A stretch of 64,000 bases of DNA. It comes from an uncultured Pseudobdellovibrionaceae bacterium (GTDB lineage: Bacteria > Bdellovibrionota > FAC87 > UBA2466). Numbering within the stretch: the stretch's first letter is position 1; every line of letters starts with the position of its first letter. The translations under genes and the position numbers were made by a program. The notes below the pieces were generated by a model. It had not been told where the DNA came from, made no database searches, and saw only the letters and a program-made list of their open reading frames with translations. Location of the stretch: contig CAZZHG010000012.1 of NCBI GenBank assembly GCA_964653655.1, positions 1,116 to 65,115 of the forward strand, written 5' to 3'. Shown here piece by piece: positions 56,158-64,000 of this stretch.

Positions 56158-57839
56158 TGGGCCATCGCCTCCCGGATCCGTTTCGTGAAGGTATTGCGTG
56201 CCCGCTGAGCCTTATCTCTCGGCGCCGAGCGGGCGGAATTCAATTGACCCTGAAGGAGATTAGCCCGGCGTTCCGGCAGAGAGCCCATGACCACTTCGGC
56301 CACGTCGGCGCTGCAGGTGCTGATGGCGAGCGCGAGCTCTTCGTTGTCCATCTCCGAGGTGACCTTCTTGAGGAAATCGTCGGGCAGCGTGGCCGCGTCC
56401 TCGAGGGAGAACTTGAACTTCTGCAGCGACGGGGAGATCCCGGGGTTCGTAGCCTCCAGGTCCCGAAGAATCTCCGCCTGTCTCGTCGACTCGCTGAGAA
56501 CGCTGGACCAGAAATCGACTTGAGAGGGTCCGGGGCCGATGGCATACGCGGGCAACCGGCGGACGGCTTCCCGGATGTCGCGCTCTATGGTCGCGATTTC
56601 CGAAAGCGGAATCTGCTGGGCCTCGTCGAGACGGCTCAGCACCGCGTGGCGGCGCTGGGCCGGCAGGCCGTCGAGAACCGCCGCGCATTGAACCGGCTTC
56701 ATGAAGCGCATCATCAGACAAACGGTGAGATCGCTCTCGAACGTCATCAGGGAAGCGAGCTGCTCGCGAGTGAGCTGGTTCAGGAACCCAAAGAACTGCT
56801 TGTCCTGACTCAGCTTCGCGTTCACGAACTCGTTGAACTGCGCTTCATAGGCAGCCGCCATGTCCTCCAAGTCCCCCGAGGGACCGGAAGGTTGTGGGCG
56901 ATCGAAATGAAAATTCTCCATCAGACTCTCGAAAGCGGGGCCGCCGAGAACGGTTTCAATTTCGCCGCGCAGCTCGGGAGTCAGCATTTCGTAATAGGCC
57001 CGAAACGCGTTGGCATTCGAGACGGCTCTCTCGAGAAAGCGCGTGCGGGCGGAGCCCGAAACGGGAGCGGACGGGGCAAGCGCGGCCGTGGCCGCGGCCT
57101 GTTGGGGTGCCGGCGCATAGGGCGCGGCCATCATGGGAGCGGCGACCTGAGGCGGCTGGCTCCATCTCGGGCGCGACTGGCTTCTCGCCGGCTTCGGGGC
57201 TTCCACGGGGGCGCGGCGGCGCAAGACCAAATAAAGGCCGATGGCAGCGAGCGCGATCCAAGGGAAGTACTTCGTCGCCAAGTCCGCGAGCGATTCCTCT
57301 TCTTCCACCGCGTCGGCCGGGTTCTGCGGCAGAACCGGCGCGTCCTTGTCCTTCTTCGGCGCCTTTAGCATCGCGACGTCCAGAAAGCTCAAGCGAACGA
57401 CGTCCGGATAGTTCGCGAAGAGATAAGTCTGAATCAAATTCTTCGTCTGCGCCGTAACTTTTTGCGGAAGCTCTTGATCGAACCCGATGTTCACCCGTAT
57501 CGCCGTCAAAACCGGAGTCTCCACGGACCGATAGGTGTGGCGCAGGTGCTTGTCGGCGGCCGGCACCGGATCCGGTGTCTCGGGAACAAAACCTGGAAGC
57601 GGATCCGGCGGCGTGATCTTCGCCGCGGCTTCCACGTCCTGGCTTTCCTCGCCTTCGACCACTTTTCTCTGCTCGTCCACGCGGACTTCCGCGTTCACCT
57701 GGAGCAGGTATTGATCGGAGGGAATCAACCGGGAGAGCAAGCCTTCGAGATCGGTGCGGACCCGCGCCTCGACGAGATAAGGGGACTCCGCCGCGAAGGC
57801 GGTGGAGGCGGCAAGCAACAATGTGATCAGAATCTTCAT
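56154..57839 (-). CDS. FliF-like ring-building domain fused to FliG middle and C-terminal domains
   Basis: Signal peptide; RBM3-like periplasmic domain; one TM (YFPWIALAAIGLYLV); FliG-M (FFGFLNQLTREQL..FESDLTVCLMM) and FliG-C (FKFSLED..LPDD....NEELALAI..LPERRA). Confidence 0.8.
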   Translation of the reverse strand: MKILITLLLAASTAFAAESPYLVEARVRTDLEGLLSRLIPSDQYLLQVNAEVRVDEQRKVVEGEESQDVEAAAKITPPDPLPGFVPETPDPVPAADKHLRHTYRSVETPVLTAIRVNIGFDQELPQKVTAQTKNLIQTYLFANYPDVVRLSFLDVAMLKAPKKDKDAPVLPQNPADAVEEEESLADLATKYFPWIALAAIGLYLVLRRRAPVEAPKPARSQSRPRWSQPPQVAAPMMAAPYAPAPQQAAATAALAPSAPVSGSARTRFLERAVSNANAFRAYYEMLTPELRGEIETVLGGPAFESLMENFHFDRPQPSGPSGDLEDMAAAYEAQFNEFVNAKLSQDKQFFGFLNQLTREQLASLMTFESDLTVCLMMRFMKPVQCAAVLDGLPAQRRHAVLSRLDEAQQIPLSEIATIERDIREAVRRLPAYAIGPGPSQVDFWSSVLSESTRQAEILRDLEATNPGISPSLQKFKFSLEDAATLPDDFLKKVTSEMDNEELALAISTCSADVAEVVMGSLPERRANLLQGQLNSARSAPRDKAQRARNTFTKRIREAMAQ

Positions 57840-58477
57840 TGGTATCGGCTAAGGACGCTTTGGACTTCCGGGTTCGCCGGTTCCAGCTCCTGAGCTTTCT
57901 TCCAGGCCTTCATGGCCAAATCCTTGTGTCCCTGAACGAGCAGAAGGCTACCCTTCATGAGCCAGCCCCGCGTGAACTCCGGACGCTTGCGAAGCAGCTG
58001 ATCCACCACCGTAAGCGCTTCGTAGAAGCGGCGGCGGTTGAAGAGCCGGTTCGCGTCCACGACGAGAGAATCGGCATCGTCGATGAGTACAGTCGGAACC
58101 TGGGAACCCGGCTGGTTCGGAAGGAATTTTCCCGTCGGAAGAAGCGGAACGGAGTCCGTCTGCCGCGCGGCCTCCGGCGCCTTCGCGTCGGTTTCCGGAT
58201 TCAAATTCGCCACCGGACCCGCGCCCTTTTTCAGCTGATCGACGGGAATCGAAAGACGGTAAGGCACGTTCTGGCCGAAACCCGTCGGAATGTGAATGGT
58301 GCCGTAAGGAGTTTTCAGCTCGACTTGATTGTCCGTCTCGTTCACGGAATAGAAACCGGGGGGCGCTTCCGAATCCGGCGGCGGCACGATGGGCACGATG
58401 GGGGTGTCCGCGCCGGACAAACTGACGCCGAGGATGGCCGCAATCACCCAGCTGAAATGTAGAAACGCGCGTTTCAT
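57836..58477 (-). CDS. Periplasmic TPR protein
   Basis: Signal peptide MKRAFLHFSWVIAAILG; C-terminal TPRs (RRFYEALTVVD, WLMKGSLL..QG...AMKAWKKAQELEP); ATGA overlaps at both ends. Confidence 0.82.
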   Translation of the reverse strand: MKRAFLHFSWVIAAILGVSLSGADTPIVPIVPPPDSEAPPGFYSVNETDNQVELKTPYGTIHIPTGFGQNVPYRLSIPVDQLKKGAGPVANLNPETDAKAPEAARQTDSVPLLPTGKFLPNQPGSQVPTVLIDDADSLVVDANRLFNRRRFYEALTVVDQLLRKRPEFTRGWLMKGSLLLVQGHKDLAMKAWKKAQELEPANPEVQSVLSRYQ

Positions 58478-59439
58478 CTTCCCAAGGCCAGCCCTATGTG
58501 CACTCCGCCGTAGCCGCTGAGGGTTCCGGCGGGAGCGGTGCTGGGGACGAAAAAGTAGACGCCGTCGACTCCGGCCACCGCCCACGAACCGAGAAAGAGC
58601 TCGTAGGAGAATCTGGCGACCGGGCCCTTGAAGCTGCTCAGCATGCCGTAGCCAACCCCGACGTTCACCGACCAGCCTAGAGACGAGTGACCGTAACGTC
58701 CGCGGAACGAAATCGTCGGATCAAGGTGGATCAGGGTATTTCCGGGAGCAGAAACCATGCCGAGGTTCAAACCGCCCTTGGCGAAGCCCAGCTCTTCGGC
58801 GAGCTGGACGTTGAGAGAAGTGGTGATTCCGCTCTGAGAGCTTCCGCCCGAGTACATGCCGATGCCGGAACCGAAAGTAATGAGTAACTGCACGGAACTG
58901 TCGGAGAAGTTGACGGCGGGCACTTGAAACCGCTCCGCGCCCATTAGGCTTCCGTCGGTGTTCGAGTAAAGAGTCGCCTGCGCGAGCAGCGAAAGTTTCG
59001 TGCGGTAGATCTCGGCGACGAGCAACGAGTCCGCCGGAAGTTTCTTGCCGGCTTTCTTCACGGCCTCCACGTCGGACGCGCCCTTCGTCACGATGACTTC
59101 GTTGCCTTGGATCTCGACCTTCGCCGTTTTGCATTCCGCGCAGGTGGTGACCCGGTGGATCCCCTGCTTGGCGAGATACTTCATGATTTCGGTTTCGATG
59201 ACGGTGCTGAACGTGCCGTCGAAGGGCTCGTTGGCGTTCACGGAGAAGAGAGCGACCGAGTCGACTTTCTTTTCCTCGGTTTCGAGCTTCTTGATCCAGC
59301 GGGCGATGTCCTCGCCGATGACGGCGGCCGCGCCGAACTCGGCTTCGTCGGGAGGCCTGGCGAATGCGCAAGACGCCCACGCGAAGATCGCGCAGCCCGT
59401 CAGAACACCGAGTGAGAAGAGGGGATTCCTCGCTGACAT
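58474..59439 (-). CDS. Outer-membrane protein: FlgO/CsgG/TolB_N-like domain plus C-terminal beta-barrel
   Basis: Likely start MSARN at 59439; signal peptide; alpha/beta domain with CAEC; about eight amphipathic strands ending GGVHIGLALGR. Confidence 0.65.
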   Translation of the reverse strand: MSARNPLFSLGVLTGCAIFAWASCAFARPPDEAEFGAAAVIGEDIARWIKKLETEEKKVDSVALFSVNANEPFDGTFSTVIETEIMKYLAKQGIHRVTTCAECKTAKVEIQGNEVIVTKGASDVEAVKKAGKKLPADSLLVAEIYRTKLSLLAQATLYSNTDGSLMGAERFQVPAVNFSDSSVQLLITFGSGIGMYSGGSSQSGITTSLNVQLAEELGFAKGGLNLGMVSAPGNTLIHLDPTISFRGRYGHSSLGWSVNVGVGYGMLSSFKGPVARFSYELFLGSWAVAGVDGVYFFVPSTAPAGTLSGYGGVHIGLALGR

Positions 59440-59522
59440 ATATCCCGTCCGTGGTTCGAAAGCCCTGCGGCGCCTTATGCGTCGCAGCAATGCACACTGG
59501 CCCATAGGGGCCATCAGCGATC

Positions 59523-59549
59523 CAATCGGCCAAAAATGGCGAAACCTTA
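59523..59549 (-). promoter_or_regulatory. Sigma28 (FliA) promoter of the motor-like operon
   Basis: Minus strand TAAGGTTT-N11-GCCGATTG (7/8 and 6/8 matches to TAAAGTTT-N11-GCCGATAA), about 85 nt upstream of ATG 59439. Confidence 0.72.
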
Positions 59550-59588
59550 ACATTTGGAAATTACGGATCGGCGCCGATAGGAGGATCG

Positions 59589-60317
59589 ATGCGCTCCCCT
59601 CTCAAATGGCTGACGCTTGCCGTCTTAATCGCCGGCAAAAGCTCGTTCGCCCTTCCCGAGCGCGTGCTTTCTTTCGACGTGGGAACGGGATCTCCGGAGC
59701 TCGTGTTCGTTCACGGGCAGGTTCAGGTTTGGAAACGCTGGCAGCTCGGAGTGGGCTACTCCTACATCCCCAACGTTCCGCCGCTCGGCCAGGCGATGCA
59801 GGGGCCGGCGACTACGCTTACCCTCGCCGACGGAATGGCCTACCAGACGAATCCGACCATCGTGCCGCGGGCGAACTTCATCTCCGCCTACATTAGATAT
59901 TTCCCGGCGGAGAATAACTTCTACTTCCAGCTCGCCTATTCGTTGGCGCAGATGACGGCTCACGTTACGACGGGACTGGAAAACACCGCGCTCGCCACTT
60001 CCCTAACCGGCGCCCTCATCACGGCGGACCTAACCTTCCGCCAAGCCATCCCGGCGCTGTCGATCGGATACTTGTTCACCGGAAAATTCTTTTTCGCCAA
60101 CATCAGTCTCGGCGCGGCGTGGGTCGGCGCGTTCACCTCCTCAATGACGGTAAACGCTCTTATCCCCGATTTGGTAGGCGGAGCCGCCGGCAACCAGGCC
60201 GCCCTCGATCAGCTTCAGCAAGATCTGCAATCCCAGGGCGTAGCGGCCGCCGCCTCGCTGCGCAAACAGTACCCCATCCTTCCCTCGCTTCTGATTTCCT
60301 TCGGTTTTCAGTTTTGA
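59589..60317 (+). CDS. Outer-membrane beta-barrel protein
   Basis: AGGAGG RBS; signal peptide; alternating strands; BAM-type C-terminus ISFGFQF. Confidence 0.8.
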   Translation: MRSPLKWLTLAVLIAGKSSFALPERVLSFDVGTGSPELVFVHGQVQVWKRWQLGVGYSYIPNVPPLGQAMQGPATTLTLADGMAYQTNPTIVPRANFISAYIRYFPAENNFYFQLAYSLAQMTAHVTTGLENTALATSLTGALITADLTFRQAIPALSIGYLFTGKFFFANISLGAAWVGAFTSSMTVNALIPDLVGGAAGNQAALDQLQQDLQSQGVAAAASLRKQYPILPSLLISFGFQF

Positions 60318-60343
60318 CCCCCGTGGGTTACCCTTAGCTTCTT

Positions 60344-61507
60344 GTGATTCAAATTCCCTTCAGCCGACCCGCGGTCGCGAAAAACCAGGAACGCTACGCG
60401 CTCCAGGCCCTTCGCTCGGGTGAGCTGGGCGGAGACAAGGCGTTCACAAAGCGCTGTCAGCGTTGGATCGAAAAGAAAACGGGATGCCCGAAGGCTTTCC
60501 TCACACCGTCGGCGACCCACGCGCTCGAGATAGCGGCACTGCTATCTAAAGTGAGACCGGGCGATGAGGTCATCCTGCCCTCCTTCACCTTTCCGTCGAC
60601 CGCGAACGCCTTCGTGCTGAGAGGGGCTCAGCCGGTTTTCGTCGATATCCGGCCCGATACGCTGAACCTCGACGAGTCTCTCGTGGAAGCCGCCATCACG
60701 GGGCGCACCAAAGCCATCATCCCCGTTCATTACAATGGGGTCGCCTGCGAGATGACGGTACTGAACGACATCGCCACCCGCCACGGGCTCCTAATGGTGG
60801 AAGATGCGGCATCGGCGATGCTTTCCCGGTATCGGGGCGTCCCCGTCGGTACTCTCGGGGATTTAGGTTGTTTCAGCTTTCACGAAACTAAGAACTTCAG
60901 CGCCGGAGAGGGAGGCGCCCTTCTCCTCAACCGCGAGGAACTGGTCCCCCGCGCGGAAATATTGCGGGAGAAAGGAACGAACCGCGCCCAGTTTTTCCGA
61001 AAGGAAGTGGAGAAATACACCTGGATGGATTGCGGCTCGTCCTATCTTCCAAGCGATTTCACGGCGGCGCTGCTCTTCAGCCAATTCGAGGAGGCCGAAC
61101 GCATCCGATTCAGCCGCCTTCAAGCTTGGGACCACTACTTTCGCTGCTTGTCCGATCTACCGCTGACGCTTCCTTACGTGCCCGCGCATTGCGAGCATAA
61201 CGGCCATGCGTTCGCGGTTCGCCTGTCGAGTGCTAAGCAAAGAGCGGATTTCCAGCGTCAGCTCGCGCGCAAAGGAATCCAGACCGCTTTTCATTATCAG
61301 CCGCTGCATTCGAGCCCGGCTGGGCGAAAGTTCGGCCGCTTTCACGCCAAGGACAAGTACACGACGGCGGAAAGCGCGAAACTGGTGAGGCTCCCCCTCT
61401 ATCCGGGGCTCGCGGAAAAAGACCTGATCCGGGTCGTCGAGACGATTCGGGCCTTCTTCCGGCGCAAGACGAAATCAAAAACTTCCGAGCGCCGATTAAC
61501 CGGTTAA
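60344..61507 (+). CDS. wecE: dTDP-4-amino-4,6-dideoxygalactose transaminase (DegT/DnrJ/EryC1/StrS family)
   Basis: GDKAFTKRC, TPSATHALE, PSFTFPSTANAF, SFHETKN..AGEGG, EKGTNR, GSSYLP, FHYQPLHSSPAG. Confidence 0.9.
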   Translation: MIQIPFSRPAVAKNQERYALQALRSGELGGDKAFTKRCQRWIEKKTGCPKAFLTPSATHALEIAALLSKVRPGDEVILPSFTFPSTANAFVLRGAQPVFVDIRPDTLNLDESLVEAAITGRTKAIIPVHYNGVACEMTVLNDIATRHGLLMVEDAASAMLSRYRGVPVGTLGDLGCFSFHETKNFSAGEGGALLLNREELVPRAEILREKGTNRAQFFRKEVEKYTWMDCGSSYLPSDFTAALLFSQFEEAERIRFSRLQAWDHYFRCLSDLPLTLPYVPAHCEHNGHAFAVRLSSAKQRADFQRQLARKGIQTAFHYQPLHSSPAGRKFGRFHAKDKYTTAESAKLVRLPLYPGLAEKDLIRVVETIRAFFRRKTKSKTSERRLTG

Positions 61508-62739
61508 TTCTCTTCCATCAACGCCGGCGGGTAGATCGTGCCGTCTTTCTGATTTCTCACCACCGGAATTCCGAAGGACGCCATGGGGTGCTGCTCGTCG
61601 TTGCGTACGAAGGAAGCTTCCAAGGGAGAGCGGTTGTCCGGCCAGTCGCTTTGGCAGCTGGCCATGTTGTACTCGAGAATCATCATGCCGGAGACTTTCA
61701 GCGCGGGGACCTCAAACAAGGTCGAATATTGAATGAGCGACACATCGCCTCGGGTGAAGACCTGGTCCCCCTGCACTATCTTGAAGGTGGCCGCGCCGCT
61801 CGAGTGAACGGGACGGGAGGTGCGGTTGGCCAGAAGGAACTTGGCATACCCGTAGGGTTTCAGCTCGGGCTCGATGACCACCATGCCGAGAAAATTTCCG
61901 ACGAAGTTGCGAGAGACCCCGATGAAGAAGTCTCCCTTGCTCTTCACGCCCAAACTCTCGAAAAAGCCCGCCTGACTCTCGTCCTGGAACACGGAATGGA
62001 CCCGCGCATAGTAATCGCAGTCGTAGCAGGGCGTAAGCTCCCGGCAGTGATCGATTCTCGCCAGATACTCACCCGCCCAGTTTCCTGCGAGTAGCTCACT
62101 GATTCCTTGGGCCATGATGGTTCCCGGCACGTGATCGTTGCCGTAGATGTGCCCGATCTCGTGAAGCAGCATCGCCTCAAGCCGCCCTTCCCGTTTCCAA
62201 TCCGGAAAATTGGCGCGAACGGATCCCGCGGGACTCACGTAAATAAAGCCGCGGCCAAGCCCGGTCGCGGGATCGTAGTGGGTGCGCTGCACGAACGCCG
62301 TCGGATTGTCGAACTGCCCCTTCGCCGCCTTAACCACCGCGTTTTCGACGCCGAGATAGACAGCCAACTCCTGTTTCCCGTCGCAAACGTCGCTTAGGGT
62401 GAGCTTCGTCGAAAGCTTCGGAGCCTTCTCTTCAGGATAGAGATTGTGTCCCTTGATGTAGTTTCCCCATTGGGCGAAAGCGGACTCGAGGATCTTGCGG
62501 ACGGTTTCCTTGTCAGCGCCGAACTCGGGCCCGATCTCGAAGCACACAGCAATGGGACGGTCCTCCCCTAGAAACCAGGCCGCTAAGTGGTCCTTCGCGT
62601 GGTTGTCGCCGCCGCTGCCCACATCCGTGCCTCCGCCCGACATCTGTTGAGCCGGAAGATCGGAAGGCGCGGGAGCCTGAACCACGAGCTGCCGCTGACA
62701 ACCGGCGAGGACGAGCATCGAAACGAGCCACTTCTTCAT
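61504..62739 (-). CDS. Lipoprotein with zinc-metalloprotease motif
   Basis: MKKWLVSMLVLAGC lipobox; HEIGHIYGNDH and Met-turn GTIM; ATGA overlap with the upstream gene. Confidence 0.8.
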   Translation of the reverse strand: MKKWLVSMLVLAGCQRQLVVQAPAPSDLPAQQMSGGGTDVGSGGDNHAKDHLAAWFLGEDRPIAVCFEIGPEFGADKETVRKILESAFAQWGNYIKGHNLYPEEKAPKLSTKLTLSDVCDGKQELAVYLGVENAVVKAAKGQFDNPTAFVQRTHYDPATGLGRGFIYVSPAGSVRANFPDWKREGRLEAMLLHEIGHIYGNDHVPGTIMAQGISELLAGNWAGEYLARIDHCRELTPCYDCDYYARVHSVFQDESQAGFFESLGVKSKGDFFIGVSRNFVGNFLGMVVIEPELKPYGYAKFLLANRTSRPVHSSGAATFKIVQGDQVFTRGDVSLIQYSTLFEVPALKVSGMMILEYNMASCQSDWPDNRSPLEASFVRNDEQHPMASFGIPVVRNQKDGTIYPPALMEEN

Positions 62740-63548
62740 GAGCGCCTCCGTCTTTTCGTAAGGGGGAAAACCTGCACGTTCATCTGATAAAGTTCGGTGC
62801 ACTCGCCACGGGTCAGGTATCTCAATAGAGAACGGCGAAACTTCTGAATCCGCTTCTTCGCTTCCGCGAGACGGGCCGGGTTGATGGCCATCGTCATCCC
62901 CGTGATGTCGCGGGCGGCGAAATCCTCCGGATCGCCCGATTCCAAGGCGGCGAGCGCTTTGCCGATCATCTGCCCGTGAAACTTTCGCACGGCTTCGTTG
63001 GCTTCTCCCGGAAGAAACTCCGCCTTGGCGTGGGTCTTCTTCCATTTGCCGCGCGAAACCGTGAGCAGCCCGAGACGTTTGAGGCGCGAGACCGCCGCCC
63101 TTACCTCTTCCAGCGTGAGACCCAAGCGATCGGCGACCCACCGATCGCTGGATTCGAAGCAATCCAAGGTGGTCAGATCCAAGATGGCGACGTGGTACCA
63201 CTCGGACAGGTATTTGAACTGGTCGAGACGCACGCTGAAAAACTCTTCGCCGGACTTCGCCTTCGGCTCCACCGGAGACGAGATTTTCCGGTCGAATTGA
63301 GCTCGCCGGCAGGAGTCCAGAAATCCGAGGGATGCCTTCTGATCGAGACCGACGGCCTGGCTGAAATGAAGGGCGCGCTTCACCGGAATGGGGCGCTTGC
63401 CGCTCAAGACGAGACTGAGATAAGCGTGGCTGATTCCGAGATCGCGCGCGAACGCGCGTAACGAATACGAGGGATTACGGGAAACCCGTTCCACGAGGGC
63501 CCGCCTCAAAACATCCGAAGGCGCGGCGCTTTGGGCGGAAGTTTCCAT
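62736..63548 (-). CDS. TIGR02147 family protein (N-terminal HTH plus DUF4423)
   Basis: RNPSYSLRAFARDLGIS..LS.VLSGKR, LSEWYHVAI, AVRKFHGQM, RDITGMTMAI, ELYQMNVQVFPLT. Confidence 0.92.
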   Translation of the reverse strand: METSAQSAAPSDVLRRALVERVSRNPSYSLRAFARDLGISHAYLSLVLSGKRPIPVKRALHFSQAVGLDQKASLGFLDSCRRAQFDRKISSPVEPKAKSGEEFFSVRLDQFKYLSEWYHVAILDLTTLDCFESSDRWVADRLGLTLEEVRAAVSRLKRLGLLTVSRGKWKKTHAKAEFLPGEANEAVRKFHGQMIGKALAALESGDPEDFAARDITGMTMAINPARLAEAKKRIQKFRRSLLRYLTRGECTELYQMNVQVFPLTKRRRRS

Positions 63549-63588
63549 TCGCGCGGATCTACCATTTTGGCGAACGCCGAATCAAGAC

Positions 63589-63631
63589 TTGTAACCACCT
63601 CGGCCGGATTTGGTAACAAAATGGTAACCAC
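63589..63631. promoter_or_regulatory. Helically phased GTAAC direct repeats in a divergent intergenic region
   Basis: TTGTAACCAC (63589), TGGTAACAAA (63611), TGGTAACCAC (63622); GTAAC cores 22 and 11 bp apart. Confidence 0.5.
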
Positions 63632-63724
63632 TCCGAATCGCTGAGGATTGATCCGGAAGTTCGCCGAAAGCTAGAAACCACCCACTTCGGCGGCAATTAC
63701 GCCGCGAAAAATTGGAGCTTCCCC

Positions 63725-64000
63725 ATGAAGTTTTTCTCTCTCGTTCTGTTACTCGGTCTCTCGGTGAATCAGGCACACGCCACCCCGCCGCCTCAAGACG
63801 GACACGGGCTTCCGCCCGGACTCGGGGTATTCGTCCCGCACGGAGGCGGCATCAAGGGAACCGCGAGAATGTTCCCGCTCACGATCGACCCCCAGCCGTG
63901 CGACAGAGGGTACCGTGTACAGCTGATCAAGATGCCCGGTATCGCCCAGCTCTATAGAACCATCGTGAAGGAAATCAGGCGCGACGGTTGCACGGAGCCG
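63725..64000 (+). CDS. Secreted hypothetical protein, truncated by window end (not in ORF track)
   Basis: ATG 63725 after GGAG; MKFFSLVLLLGLSVNQAHA signal peptide; frame open to 64000. Confidence 0.72.
   Translation, partial: MKFFSLVLLLGLSVNQAHATPPPQDGHGLPPGLGVFVPHGGGIKGTARMFPLTIDPQPCDRGYRVQLIKMPGIAQLYRTIVKEIRRDGCTEP

Noticed and set aside
59573-59580. GCCGATAG as a plus-strand sigma28 -10 for the 59589 barrel gene
   Set aside because: No TAAA-like -35 at the correct spacing, and it overlaps the RBS.

Overview
A gene-dense bacterial chromosomal window with a GC content of roughly 60-65%, estimated by eye. The TIGR02147-family HTH protein, many short secreted proteins with signal peptides and a glycine-rich RRM protein suggest a Bdellovibrionota/Oligoflexia-type organism; this is inference. 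Housekeeping genes include ruvAB, fabH, plsC, trpS, rlmN, crcB, an ABC-F ATPase and tRNA-Gly(GCC). There are also many secreted hydrolases (PhoX, M64 peptidase, asparaginase, a GH-like protein), an MBOAT/SGNH acetylation pair, two signalling loci and a Wzm/Wzt glycan cluster with a sulfotransferase. The standout is a five-gene, translationally coupled minus-strand operon (54728-59439) behind a near-consensus sigma28 promoter. It encodes an FlgO/CsgG-like outer-membrane protein, a TPR protein, a natural fusion of a FliF-like ring-building domain to FliG middle and C-terminal domains, and its own MotA/MotB stator. No other flagellar genes are nearby, so this is a candidate minimal, non-flagellar rotary motor. 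A second notable module is an ECF sigma factor, a ZAS anti-sigma and a stand-alone STN-domain protein that run directly into the sulfated-glycan export genes. Three low-complexity palindromic elements with 6-bp periodicity each abut a stop codon. No CRISPR array, integrase or transposase was found. All domain assignments are motif recognition by eye; no database searches were run.
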